Below, piece after piece: positions 1 through 9,449 of a stretch of 64,000 nucleotides of DNA (position 1 is the stretch's first letter; each line of letters opens with the position of its first letter). The DNA is from Candidatus Latescibacterota bacterium. Lineage in GTDB: Bacteria; Latescibacterota; UBA2968; UBA8231. Below the pieces are notes generated by a model. It was not told the origin of the DNA and searched no databases. It worked only from the letters and a program-made list of their open reading frames with translations. The stretch covers positions 672,001-736,000 of the forward strand of contig CBDCDC010000001.1 of assembly GCA_965215195.1 (NCBI GenBank), given 5' to 3'. Both the position numbers and the translations under genes were made by a program.

Positions 1-1576
1 CCTCGCCCGGCAGCTCGGCGACCTGATTGTGCGCCAAGTCGTAGATCTGTAGCGCAACCGGCGCTCGTCCCGTCAGATAGAGCAGGTCGTAGCTAATCGT
101 CGTGTAATCGTTGATTCCGTCGCCGTTGGGCGTAAACATGGCTGGCACTGCAGACACCCGATGCACCAAGGGCTGGCCCTGCAAGGGCACCCGCACACTC
201 AGGTCGTCTCCGGCAAAGCGGGGGGCCGCATTGCCGCTCTCGATCGCTTGCGGCAGTGCGCCTTCTCGCGTGGTGTCGAGCAGGCGTCCGGTAAACACGG
301 TCTCATAGCGCAGCACGGCCGTGTCGAACACCACTTGCAGGGCGCGATTGCCGGTCTGACGGCCAAAGCTGGCCCGCAGACCGTTGGCCCCTAATTCCTC
401 CCTGAACTCGATCGCTTGGCCATCTACGCGCAGCGCGCGCAGGGTGCGCACCGGGGCCGGGGTGTCGATTTCCAAGCGGTCGAATCCCCGGGCGTCCGTC
501 ACCTCAATGGCATAGACGAAACTCGTATCCACGCCTACGGGGACCTCCTGTGGCCATATCTCACCGACGATCGCCTGGGCCAAGGCCGGGCGAAAGATCT
601 CGAAAGCGAGCGAATCCACGGCCATGCCATCTTCGAGTCCATCGCTCTCAAACGCCATGCTGAACTGGAAGTAGCGGCGCGGGGCCGGCGAGAGGATTGG
701 ATCGCCGCTGTTGCGATAGGGCGTGGACCACGGGCTCCAGCTAGCCGGCTCGTCGTCCGGCGCGGGGCTGCTGCCGCTGCGGGTGCGCACGACGAGCCGC
801 GACCGCTGGGGCAAGCCCTGTTGCTCGGTGGCCCATTGCAGCCGGCCCCACAGCGCATCCTGCTCCATGTCGAAGACCTCGGACAGGTAATCGGCCTCGG
901 GCACGAACCCGCTGCCAAAAATTTCCAATTCGTCGATTTCCCAGTTGAACCGCTGGGTGGATTCCAAGCGGAGATAGCGCACGTATTGCAGGGGAAATCG
1001 CACGTCAATGGTGTCGCGGCTATTGCTGCCATCTTGGGCCATGACCGTGAGCAAGGTCTTGTCCGGCAGCTTATCGACCGAGGCGGCTATGATGTCTGCG
1101 CCGAATGCGCCATCGTTGATGGAGAGCACGTAGCCTTTCATAAAGTCGCTCTTGAAGGCTTGGCGGGGAAAGAAGCGAATGTGATTGACGCCAAACCGAG
1201 CGCCTAAGTCGAAGACTAGGAGGATTCCGGTGGCCACCACGTCTTTAGCCTCAAAAGCCGTGCTTGGATCGCCATCCACCATGCTGTGCAACCGCTCTTT
1301 GAGCACATCTGAGGTCAGGCGCAAAACGGCCTGGGCGTTGGGCGAAGTCACCCGGCCACCGCGCTCGAGGATCCCGGCGGCGATATTGGTGTTTTCCGCC
1401 ACGCTGCGCGGCTGGATCCAGCCGGCGCGGGCGCTGAAGTCGATGACCGGCGCGGATGCGGCCGCCGCTTGCCAAGTCGCGCCGCTTCCGCTGCCCCCGA
1501 CCACGATGTTTTCCGTCGCGGGGGCCGCCGCCGCGAGCAACCCCACTAAGGCCAAGGCATTGCGCTGTCTGTTCAT
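1..1576 (-). CDS. Secreted FlgD-Ig-domain protein (3' end runs off window), paralog of 20028..21965
   Basis: Not in ORF track. Manual translation from ATG 1576: MNRQRNALALVGLLAAAAPATENIVVGG... Contains FDLGARFGVNHIRFFPR, SPAPRRYFQF and MFTPNGDGIND, motifs shared with 20028..21965 and 17635..20013. Confidence 0.85.
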   Translation of the reverse strand, partial: MNRQRNALALVGLLAAAAPATENIVVGGSGSGATWQAAAASAPVIDFSARAGWIQPRSVAENTNIAAGILERGGRVTSPNAQAVLRLTSDVLKERLHSMVDGDPSTAFEAKDVVATGILLVFDLGARFGVNHIRFFPRQAFKSDFMKGYVLSINDGAFGADIIAASVDKLPDKTLLTVMAQDGSNSRDTIDVRFPLQYVRYLRLESTQRFNWEIDELEIFGSGFVPEADYLSEVFDMEQDALWGRLQWATEQQGLPQRSRLVVRTRSGSSPAPDDEPASWSPWSTPYRNSGDPILSPAPRRYFQFSMAFESDGLEDGMAVDSLAFEIFRPALAQAIVGEIWPQEVPVGVDTSFVYAIEVTDARGFDRLEIDTPAPVRTLRALRVDGQAIEFREELGANGLRASFGRQTGNRALQVVFDTAVLRYETVFTGRLLDTTREGALPQAIESGNAAPRFAGDDLSVRVPLQGQPLVHRVSAVPAMFTPNGDGINDYTTISYDLLYLTGRAPVALQIYDLAHNQVAELPGE

Positions 1577-1629
1577 AGATTCTGCATGCGTTGCGCCCCG
1601 GCCGGTCTTGTCCGGCTAGGACAGGTCAA

Positions 1630-1830
1630 TCAGTTCAGGATCTTCAACAGGATGGTCAGTTGTAGCCCTACAACGCCGAACAGGATGCCAATAATCCAGC
1701 GGAGCGATGCTCGCATATCCGCTTGGGCGCGGTCAATGCCGTCCAAGCGGCGGTCAAGCTGCTCGGCGATGCCTTCCAGCTGCCCAATGCGCCGGTCGTG
1801 ATCTTGAGCCTGGGTAATCGGTTCGCTCAT
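1630..1830 (-). CDS. Small coiled-coil protein with C-terminal membrane anchor (DUF1640/CCDC90-like), copy 1, 66 aa
   Basis: MSEPITQAQDHDRRIGQLEG...WIIGILFGVVGLQLTILLKILN; near-identical to two other copies. Confidence 0.8.
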   Translation of the reverse strand: MSEPITQAQDHDRRIGQLEGIAEQLDRRLDGIDRAQADMRASLRWIIGILFGVVGLQLTILLKILN

Positions 1831-1886
1831 GGTCGTGTTAGGATGAGTTGCGCCCCGGCCGGTCTTATCCGGTTAGGACAGGTCAA

Positions 1887-2141
1887 TCAGTTCAGGATCT
1901 TCAACAGGATCGTCAGTTGTAGCCCTACAACGCCGAACAGAATGCCAATAATCCAGCGGTTGGTAGCGCGAAGCTCGGCAAGGGCGCGGTCGATGCCGTC
2001 CATGCGGGCGTTGACTTGGCGGAATTGCTCGCTCATGGTGCGTTGTATATCGTCCAAGCGGCGGTCAAGCTGCTCGGCGATGCCTTCCAGCCGCCCAATG
2101 CGCCGGTCATGGTCTTGAGCCTGGGTAATCGGTTCGCTCAT
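1887..2141 (-). CDS. Small coiled-coil membrane-anchored protein, copy 2, 84 aa
   Basis: Heptad-like stalk plus C-terminal hydrophobic helix; AGGA RBS upstream. Confidence 0.85.
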   Translation of the reverse strand: MSEPITQAQDHDRRIGRLEGIAEQLDRRLDDIQRTMSEQFRQVNARMDGIDRALAELRATNRWIIGILFGVVGLQLTILLKILN

Positions 2142-2210
2142 AGTCGTTGTTCCTATCGGTTAGGGTTGCTACTGCCGGAATAGCTCTTTACGAGTTTGAG
2201 GCTAGCAAAT

Positions 2211-2249
2211 AAAAAACCGCCATGCCAGGTCGGAAGCCCGGCATGGCGG
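2211..2249 (-). terminator. Rho-independent terminator of 2275..3159
   Basis: Minus strand reads CCGCCATGCCGGG-loop-CCTGGCATGGCGG then TTTTTT. Confidence 0.85.
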
Positions 2250-2274
2250 CACTCGGTCTGTACGCCTGAAACAA

Positions 2275-3159
2275 CTACTCGGCAAACGTGGATTTGAGCC
2301 GGCCCCAGCCCACTTCCTCTACGGCTGTGGGTTCGGCCGTGGCTTGGGAAGCCCAATCGATCTCCGGGTCAATGGGGGCCAGCAGAAAGTCGGAGAGCAA
2401 ATCGCCTTGGAAGTAGCTGTCCGTGGCTCCGCTCAGGGTCCAGTAGCCCTCGTAGCCGCCGCTTTCCAGATCGTCGTCGTCGATGATCGTGAAGTGGAAG
2501 CCCGTGATATTGCCCTCGACCAAGGAGCCGATGGTGCTCTGGTCAATCCCGTTCCAATTCAGGTTGTCGAACGGGGTCAGCATGTACTCGGCGCGGAAGA
2601 AGCCCTCCCCGCCTTCTTCAGCCGTCTGGGTAGAGGCGAACTGACCGTAAGGCGGCTCGGTGATCCACTGGGCTTTGCCCCAGTGGTTGAGGCCCGGACC
2701 GCCTTGGTTGAAACCGTAGTTCTGGGCGTGGGCACCGTGCAGCAGGTCCTTTTGATCTTGGTCTTCCACATCGGGCCACACGTTGAACATGCCGCCGCTG
2801 TGGTCCGCGTCGAACACCATCTCCATAGGCTCCCAGCCGGTGATGACCCAGATGGCGTCGTCGAAGCGATCCTCCATGACGTAGAGCTTGTTGGTGTTGG
2901 GGTTCCAGCCGACAATGGCCCGCAGTGCCAAGTCGGTGGCGTCCCACGCAGTGCCTACGCCTCGCACGGTCTCGGTCAATTGCTCGTGGTTGATCCAGTA
3001 GCCATCGGGAATGACGTCCCACTCAATGAGATTGCCGTCAATGGTGGGAATGTTGGCGTCTGGAAACTGAACCGCCACGAACACCACATCTGCCGGCAGG
3101 TGTGCCCAACCGGGGGTAGCCACGAGCGCGATGGCGAAAATCAGGACGAGCTTTTTCAT
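2275..3159 (-). CDS. Secreted CBM9/DOMON-like putative sugar-binding protein with C-terminal sorting-like motif
   Basis: Signal peptide; motifs PTIDGNLIEW and FDADHSGG; ends TAVEEVGWGRLKSTFAE. Confidence 0.75.
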   Translation of the reverse strand: MKKLVLIFAIALVATPGWAHLPADVVFVAVQFPDANIPTIDGNLIEWDVIPDGYWINHEQLTETVRGVGTAWDATDLALRAIVGWNPNTNKLYVMEDRFDDAIWVITGWEPMEMVFDADHSGGMFNVWPDVEDQDQKDLLHGAHAQNYGFNQGGPGLNHWGKAQWITEPPYGQFASTQTAEEGGEGFFRAEYMLTPFDNLNWNGIDQSTIGSLVEGNITGFHFTIIDDDDLESGGYEGYWTLSGATDSYFQGDLLSDFLLAPIDPEIDWASQATAEPTAVEEVGWGRLKSTFAE

Positions 3160-3430
3160 TGCTTTACTCCATTGGAAAGAGGTTGGAAAAACAATACCTT
3201 CTCTGCACGTGTTTTGCGTTTCGCTTTACAGTGTACGGAATCTGTTTCTCATTTGTCAAAAAAATAAAAACCTTGTCCGTTCAATAAATAAAATATGCAA
3301 AAATTTGGGCGATTTTTAGTAGTGGGCTCTCTGAATTTTTGCGGTAGCTTGGGACCGCCGAGCGACTGCGCCGCTAACCCACGAACCCGCCCCACTGGGC
3401 CATAAATCCATAACCAAAGGAGGAACGACC

Positions 3431-3715
3431 ATGAGCGAACCCATTACCCAAGCTCAAGACCACGACCGTCGTATAGGACGATTAGAAGGCATAGCCGAGC
3501 AGCTTGACCGCCGCTTGGACGATATACAACGCACCATGAGCGAGCAATTCCGCCAAGTCAACGCCCGCATGGACGCCCTTGAACGCGCCCTTGCCGAGCA
3601 AGGCCGCCAACTGCGGCAAGATATCCGCGAGCTACGCACAAGCGTCCGCTGGCTTATCGGCATTCAGTTCGGCATAGTGGGTTTATTAGTGTCCATCCTG
3701 TTGAAGCTGAATTAA
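3431..3715 (+). CDS. Small coiled-coil membrane-anchored protein, copy 3 (inverted), 94 aa
   Basis: First 48 aa identical to copy 2; GGAGGA RBS. Confidence 0.85.
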   Translation: MSEPITQAQDHDRRIGRLEGIAEQLDRRLDDIQRTMSEQFRQVNARMDALERALAEQGRQLRQDIRELRTSVRWLIGIQFGIVGLLVSILLKLN

Positions 3716-3789
3716 CCCACTCGCGGCATGGGCGCACAGATGCGTAACGTCAGGTCCCTGCCGCCGCGTTAGTCGCCCGCGAGAGAGTA

Positions 3790-5655
3790 ATGTCCGCTTT
3801 GTACCTGTTGATATATGTCCCGTTCCTCGCTCTTGCCTGTGCAGCGCAAGAGTTAGCTGACAGGCCGCTGGCCCAAGTGGGCGCGGACCTGATTACCGAG
3901 GGCGACTATCGCCGTTTTGTCGCCGGCCTGCCCGAGTGGACCAAGAGCGCGGCCAAAGGCAGCGACCAAGTGCGCGACTATTTGCAAACCCTCGTCGATC
4001 GCGCCCTCATCTTGCGCACCGCGCGGGCGCAAAAGGTGGAGCAAAGCGCGACCGTGCAAAAAAACATGGCAGCGGCCCTGCGGCTGAAAGTGGGGCAGGC
4101 GATGGAGCAGCACTACATTCGGCCCGCCGTCGCGGTCAGCGAAGCAGAACTGCGGCGCGCATTCGCCGCTCAGCAGTGGGAGCGGCAGCTCAAAATCGCC
4201 CACATTTTCGCGCGGACACCGGCGCGGGCCGAAGCGGCCCTAGCCGCCCTGCGAGCGGGCCGGTCCTTTGCAGAAGTGGCGCACGAGTTTTCGCAAAACC
4301 GCACTACCGCGGCCCATGGCGGGGAAAAGCCCTACTATTACAGCCGCAGCAATGCCATCCCGGCCGTGCGCGACGCCTTGTTTAGCTTGCCCAAGGGCGC
4401 AATCTCGGCGATCCTCCCCGTTCCCAAGGGGTACGAGATTTTCAAAATCCTCGACGAGCGCACGGCCTCCTACGAGCAAATGCGACCGCAAATTCTCAAG
4501 GCCCTTATGAGAGAGCGGTTACAGGCGCGGCGGCGTGCGTACATCGACTCGCTGGCCGCGCAGTTCCAATGGCAGGAAGTCGCAGAGGGCATGGACCGGC
4601 TCACGCACGTTTTGCACAGCGGCGAGCAAGAGGGCGACAAGAAGGTGTTTCACCTCGCGGAGGCAGACGCCGCGGCCGCGCTGTACACCTACGAGGGCGG
4701 CGCGATCACCTTGGGAGAAGCAGTGAGCCGCTCGCAGTTCATCCGCCAAGGGCGGTACGTACAAGACAGCCTCAAGGTGGCGTCCTACTTGGAACGCGAC
4801 GTGAAGGTTCCGCAACTTCTCCTGCTGCAGGGCCGCGCCTTGGGGATCGACCGCGAGCCGGCGATCGCCGACTGGCTCGTGCGCAAAGAGGAGGAAATCC
4901 TCATCCGCGAAATGCGGCGACGCGCCACGGCTCACAAGCAGCCGGTGACCGAGCAAGAGATGCGCGCCCACTACGGGGCTTACCCGGGGCGTTACCAGAC
5001 TTCGTCCATGGTAGAAGTTGTGGAAATACAGGTCGAAGAAGAGGACCAAGCGCGGGAATTGCTAGCCCGGATACGCGCCGACTACCAGCGGGCCGCGCCC
5101 CTGATTGCCCTCCTCGCCGAGATAAAAAAGAACGGCCGCGAGGTGAGCGCGTTGCAAAACCTCAACGATGAACTCGCGGTATATGCCTATCTCAAGCAGC
5201 GTCTAAGCGACCCGCTGGGCGCAGCGCAAATCGCCGCAGAGATTGCAAACGCGGCCGGGCCGGCCGACCTCGCCGAGACCTATATCGTGCGCCAGCTCGC
5301 GGCCTTGTACAGCGTGCGCCACGGCAGCCGCGAGGCCGTGGGCCGCTACCCGCTCTATTGGCACGAAACGCCGCGCTTTGGGCCGCTAGTCAAAGCGGCT
5401 ATGGAGGCCGAGGTAGGTGCGCTCATCGGTCCGGTAGAACACCACGGCTTGTACTCGATTGCCAAAGTCGTGAGACGCGCCGAATCCGGGCGGCAGCCCT
5501 TTGCCCAAGTGCAGAAGCGCATTGAGCACACCTTGCGGCGCAGCCGCGAAAGCGAATTGTTCGAGCAGTGGCTGCAAGCGCTGCGCACCGCAGCCGCGGA
5601 CGAAGTGATCTTCTTCGACGACAACATCAAAGCACTGGGGCAGGACGCGCCGTGA
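3790..5655 (+). CDS. PpiC/parvulin-type peptidyl-prolyl isomerase (SurA/PrsA-like foldase)
   Basis: N-terminal signal-like segment; LAQVGADLITEGD; HIFART...GRSFAEVAHEFSQ...GGE; second rotamase-like region. Paralog of 61449..63086. Confidence 0.8.
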   Translation: MSALYLLIYVPFLALACAAQELADRPLAQVGADLITEGDYRRFVAGLPEWTKSAAKGSDQVRDYLQTLVDRALILRTARAQKVEQSATVQKNMAAALRLKVGQAMEQHYIRPAVAVSEAELRRAFAAQQWERQLKIAHIFARTPARAEAALAALRAGRSFAEVAHEFSQNRTTAAHGGEKPYYYSRSNAIPAVRDALFSLPKGAISAILPVPKGYEIFKILDERTASYEQMRPQILKALMRERLQARRRAYIDSLAAQFQWQEVAEGMDRLTHVLHSGEQEGDKKVFHLAEADAAAALYTYEGGAITLGEAVSRSQFIRQGRYVQDSLKVASYLERDVKVPQLLLLQGRALGIDREPAIADWLVRKEEEILIREMRRRATAHKQPVTEQEMRAHYGAYPGRYQTSSMVEVVEIQVEEEDQARELLARIRADYQRAAPLIALLAEIKKNGREVSALQNLNDELAVYAYLKQRLSDPLGAAQIAAEIANAAGPADLAETYIVRQLAALYSVRHGSREAVGRYPLYWHETPRFGPLVKAAMEAEVGALIGPVEHHGLYSIAKVVRRAESGRQPFAQVQKRIEHTLRRSRESELFEQWLQALRTAAADEVIFFDDNIKALGQDAP

Positions 5656-6530
5656 TCCAACGCCAGCTCCGCAAGCTAATCGCGCCTCTGCTCGGGCCGG
5701 CGCTCGTGCTGCACATCGCGTTCTTTGTGCTGCCGGTGTGCAACGCGTTCTACTATTCCCTGACTTCTTGGTCGGGCGTCTCGCCACAAAAGGAGTACAT
5801 CGGCCTCGCCAATTTTGCACGCGCCTTTGCCGATCCCACCTTTCTCACGGCCCTAGAGAACGTCTTTTTGTTCGGCGTCCTCGGGTTCTTGATCGTCTTT
5901 CCGCTGAGCCTGCTGTTCGCGGTGGTTCTCGCCAAAAAGCCGCCCTTTGCCGGCTTTCTCAAATTCGTCGTCTTTGCCCCCACCCTGCTCTCGGTCGTGG
6001 TCACGGCCGTGCTGTGGGGCAGCATCTACAACCCGGTCATCGGCCTGCTCAACGAAACCCTGCGCAGCGTCGGGCTAGACGCGCTCGCCCGGCCCTGGCT
6101 GGGCAGCCGCCACAATGCCCTGCCGGCCATTGCCGTCGCCATGATCTGGCAGGGGTTGGGCACCTACGTAATCCTATTTTTGGCGGGCCTGCAAAAGATA
6201 CCGCTCAGTTTTTACGAGTCCGCCGCGCTAGACGGGGCCAATGCTTGGCAGCAATTTTGGCACGTGACCCTGCCGCTTTTGTGGGACGTCGTGCAGATTT
6301 TGGTGATTTTCTGGATCATCGGCGCCTTTCAGGCTTTTGCCCTCATCTTCGTCATCACGCGCGGCTATCCCAACGTCATTGAGGTGCTGGGAACCTATAT
6401 CTACTGGGCCGGCTTTCAGGGGCAGAGCATTGGCTATGCCTCGGCCATGGGGGTCGTCATGTTTTTCTTAGTATTGGCGTTTAGCCTCGCGGTCAATCGC
6501 CTGATGCGCCGCGAGCGCGTGGAGTACTAA
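5652..6530 (+). CDS. Carbohydrate ABC transporter permease (MalF/UgpA-like)
   Basis: GTG start overlapping the upstream TGA; YIGLANF; EAA loop YESAALDGANAWQQFWHVTLP. Confidence 0.92.
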   Translation: MIQRQLRKLIAPLLGPALVLHIAFFVLPVCNAFYYSLTSWSGVSPQKEYIGLANFARAFADPTFLTALENVFLFGVLGFLIVFPLSLLFAVVLAKKPPFAGFLKFVVFAPTLLSVVVTAVLWGSIYNPVIGLLNETLRSVGLDALARPWLGSRHNALPAIAVAMIWQGLGTYVILFLAGLQKIPLSFYESAALDGANAWQQFWHVTLPLLWDVVQILVIFWIIGAFQAFALIFVITRGYPNVIEVLGTYIYWAGFQGQSIGYASAMGVVMFFLVLAFSLAVNRLMRRERVEY

Positions 6531-6532
6531 AG

Positions 6533-7360
6533 ATGCGCCGCTTGCCCAAGCTGCTGGCCATCCTGTTCATGGGGGGCTATTGCCTGAGTTCCCTAATCGC
6601 CCTCTTCTGGGTGGCCTATACCTCCTTTAAGACCAATCCCGAGTTCTTCGCCAGCACTTGGGCCTTGCCGGCCGAATTGCGCTGGCGCAATTACGCGTAC
6701 GCTTGGGACAACGCCGAAATTGGTCGCTACTTTTTTAACACGGCCTATATCACCGCGCTCGCCACGAGCGGCACCTTATTGGCGTCGGCCATGGCCGCGT
6801 ATGTCCTATCGCGGGTGACCTTCGCGTTTCGGCACTTCACCTTCTATCTCTTCCTGTCGGCCATGATGGTGCCGCCCATGCTATACCTCTTCCCGCTCTT
6901 TGTGCAGATGCGGCACTTGCACCTAACCAACAGCCACTTTGGTCTGATCGCGCTCTACATCGCCACTGGGTTGCCCTTTTCGATCTTTGTCCTGACGGGT
7001 TTTTTTCGCACCCTGCCGACCCAAATAGAAGAGGCCGCGCTGATTGACGGGGCCTCGCCGTGGCGCACCTTCTGGACGATTGCCCTACCCCTCGCCAAGC
7101 CCGGGCTCATCGCGGTTTCCATCTTCAACTGCATCAACTGCTGGAACGAGTTTTTCTGGTCGCTCATCCTCCTCCGCACCGGCAAGCTCTACACGCTGGC
7201 TCGCGGCCTGCAAACCCTGTTCTGGAACATGTCAACCGAATCGCGCTGGACCGAATTATTCGCCGGTCTGGTAATCGTCATGCTGCCCCTGATCGCGGTA
7301 TTCATTCTGCTGCAAAACCGCATAACAGAGGGCCTGACCGTCGGCGCACTGAAAGGATAA
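6533..7360 (+). CDS. Carbohydrate ABC transporter permease (MalG/UgpE-like)
   Basis: IEEAALIDGASPWRTFWTIALP; ends GLTVGALKG. Confidence 0.93.
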   Translation: MRRLPKLLAILFMGGYCLSSLIALFWVAYTSFKTNPEFFASTWALPAELRWRNYAYAWDNAEIGRYFFNTAYITALATSGTLLASAMAAYVLSRVTFAFRHFTFYLFLSAMMVPPMLYLFPLFVQMRHLHLTNSHFGLIALYIATGLPFSIFVLTGFFRTLPTQIEEAALIDGASPWRTFWTIALPLAKPGLIAVSIFNCINCWNEFFWSLILLRTGKLYTLARGLQTLFWNMSTESRWTELFAGLVIVMLPLIAVFILLQNRITEGLTVGALKG

Positions 7361-7430
7361 TTGCGAATTTAATAACGGACGTTATGCCCTACTGAACGAT
7401 GCGTAACGTCCGTTAATAATTCATTCGCAA
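7361..7430. repeat. Intergenic imperfect palindrome (arms about 27-30 bp)
   Basis: TAACGGACGTTATGC...GCGTAACGTCCGTTA (14/15), flanked by TTGCGAAT/ATTCGCAA. Confidence 0.75.
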
Positions 7431-7445
7431 CTCGCAATTGATAAC

Positions 7446-8753
7446 ATGAAACGCCGCGACGTTCTCAAATATCTTGCCGCCGCTTGCGCCAGCGGGTGTG
7501 GCCGCTATCTGCCCGGGGAAAACGCGCTGGAGATCGCCAACCTCCAGCCGCCCGCGGCCCAAGTGCCGATCAACCAGCTCATGTGGCGGGCCGTGGAGCG
7601 CTTCCGCGAGACGCATCCAGAGGTCCAAGTTGAGCCGGCCAGCGGCGGCGGCGGTGGCTACCAAGAATTGATGATCCGCGTCATGGAGGGGCACCCGCCG
7701 GACATCATGTCCTTTGCCACGGCCGAGACCGGCCTGACCTACGCTTACGTCGAACAGGGGCACGTCCTCGATATGACCGAGTACCTCCAGCGGCCCTCTT
7801 GGGATACCCCGGGCAAGACGTGGCTGGAGACCATTGACCCGCTCTACCGGGGGCCGCTGACGTACAAAGGCCGCTTTTACGCCATCCCCCAAAACGTGAT
7901 TTCCCTCCAAGTGTATTGCAACGCCGAGCTGTACCAACGCGCCGGTGCCGACCTCAATCCACAGACTTGGGACCAGTTTCTCGACAACTGCGAACGCCTC
8001 AAGCGCGCCGGTATCGTTCCCATTACCCAAGACGGCATCCACTGGTACACGAGCTGGTGGTTCGACCACCTAGCCCAGCGCATTCTCGGCGCCGACAAGG
8101 TGCGCCAAGCCTTCCGCGATCCCCAGCGCCGCACCCCATGGACCGAACCCGGGTTTCTCCAAGCTGCCCGCATGGTTGAACAGATGCTGGATCGGGGGTA
8201 TTTCGCCGAGGGATTTGCCGGCCTCAATCACATCGAGTCCGAGCTTTTGTTTTGGCAGGGACGAGCGGCGACCGTGTTTGTCGGCAGTTGGTTTACCAGC
8301 GGTCGCACCGCAGTAAGCGGGAAGGACTTTCCCTTGTACGCCTTTCGCTTTCCCGCTGTCCAAGGCGGGCGCGGGAATCCGCGCGACTTGATCGGCACGG
8401 TCAACACCCAGAGCATCCCCACTCTGGCCCGCCAGCCCGAGCGGGCGGCCGAATTTCTGCGCTTGGTCAACAGCCGCTGGTTCCAAGAGCAGATGGTGCA
8501 ACAGGCCCAGATGATCAGTCCGCTCGTTGGGATGCCGCTGCCCGGCATCCAACAAGGCTTAGATCAGATCCTCGCCCAGACCGAGCAGTTCTACTCGTTT
8601 TCCTTTGGGCTAGAAGGGGCGCACCCGTTCTTGTATCGCCAGTACTGGAACGAGTGGAACCAGTTCATGGTGGCGCGCGAGCTGTCGGCCACCCAGCTCG
8701 TGGAAAACCTCGAAAACATCTTTACGCGGTATTATGGGCACATCGCGGGCTAG
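7446..8753 (+). CDS. Carbohydrate ABC transporter substrate-binding lipoprotein (family 1)
   Basis: KRRDVLK twin-Arg-like signal, lipobox ASGC; PPDIM, YCNAELY, PQTWDQF motifs. Confidence 0.9.
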   Translation: MKRRDVLKYLAAACASGCGRYLPGENALEIANLQPPAAQVPINQLMWRAVERFRETHPEVQVEPASGGGGGYQELMIRVMEGHPPDIMSFATAETGLTYAYVEQGHVLDMTEYLQRPSWDTPGKTWLETIDPLYRGPLTYKGRFYAIPQNVISLQVYCNAELYQRAGADLNPQTWDQFLDNCERLKRAGIVPITQDGIHWYTSWWFDHLAQRILGADKVRQAFRDPQRRTPWTEPGFLQAARMVEQMLDRGYFAEGFAGLNHIESELLFWQGRAATVFVGSWFTSGRTAVSGKDFPLYAFRFPAVQGGRGNPRDLIGTVNTQSIPTLARQPERAAEFLRLVNSRWFQEQMVQQAQMISPLVGMPLPGIQQGLDQILAQTEQFYSFSFGLEGAHPFLYRQYWNEWNQFMVARELSATQLVENLENIFTRYYGHIAG

Positions 8754-8814
8754 CAGGCTACGCTACGGCCATATCTATCTGGTGGATACATTCAACAGTA
8801 GGATGAGTGAGGTG

Positions 8815-9444
8815 ATGAACATTAACAAAATTCTCGTTCTAGACGCTATGGGAGTTATATATCAGAGCTGTGATGATGTAGAAGAATTACTAGTGCCATT
8901 TATTCGAGATAAAGGATCAAATATAGACAAAAAAATCATCGAAGACCATTATACGCGGACTAGCTTAGGTGAATTTTCTTCTGAAGAATTTTGGACCAAA
9001 GTAGGCGTCGATTACAACCTTGAAGATGAGTACCTTGATAGACACCAACTATCTGTTGGTCTATTAGATTTTTTATCTGCCTTCAAGTATCGAGTTAAAG
9101 CACCTATTTATTGCTTGTCTAATGATGTATCAGAATGGTCCATTAAATTGCGAAAGAAATTTCAGTTAAATCAATATATTGAGAGATGGTTTATAAGCGG
9201 CGATCTAAAAATTAGAAAACCTTCTGCTGGTATCTACGATGTCCTGATTAGAGAAGCAAATGTAAAGCCAACGCAGATGCTGTTTGTTGACGATAGAGAA
9301 AAAAATATAGCAAAAGCAAATGAGTTCGGAATACAAACTGTACTTTGCAAAATAAATAACAGTGCGGAAGGGTATCGCGGTGAAGGTGAGAGTACGGTAA
9401 TCTATAGCTTTAATGAACTACTCGATCACTTCAATAAATTCTAG
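8815..9444 (+). CDS. HAD-superfamily hydrolase, AT-rich
   Basis: LVLDAMGV, CLSND, RKPSAGIY, LFVDDREKN; GAGGTG RBS before ATG 8815. Confidence 0.88.
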   Translation: MNINKILVLDAMGVIYQSCDDVEELLVPFIRDKGSNIDKKIIEDHYTRTSLGEFSSEEFWTKVGVDYNLEDEYLDRHQLSVGLLDFLSAFKYRVKAPIYCLSNDVSEWSIKLRKKFQLNQYIERWFISGDLKIRKPSAGIYDVLIREANVKPTQMLFVDDREKNIAKANEFGIQTVLCKINNSAEGYRGEGESTVIYSFNELLDHFNKF

Positions 9445-9449
9445 AATTG

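Larger units (their letters stand above)
1586..2150. repeat. Tandem duplication of a small gene plus its downstream flank (units begin 1586 and 1843)
   Basis: gttgcgccccggccggtcttRtccggYtaggacaggtcaatcagttcaggatcttcaacaggat... occurs at 1590 and 1847. The first unit lacks 54 nt. Confidence 0.95.

Noticed and set aside
1630-3715. Coiled-coil paralogs as diversity-generating retroelement TR/VR pairs
   Set aside because: Differences are indels and mixed substitutions, not adenine-specific; no reverse transcriptase in the window.
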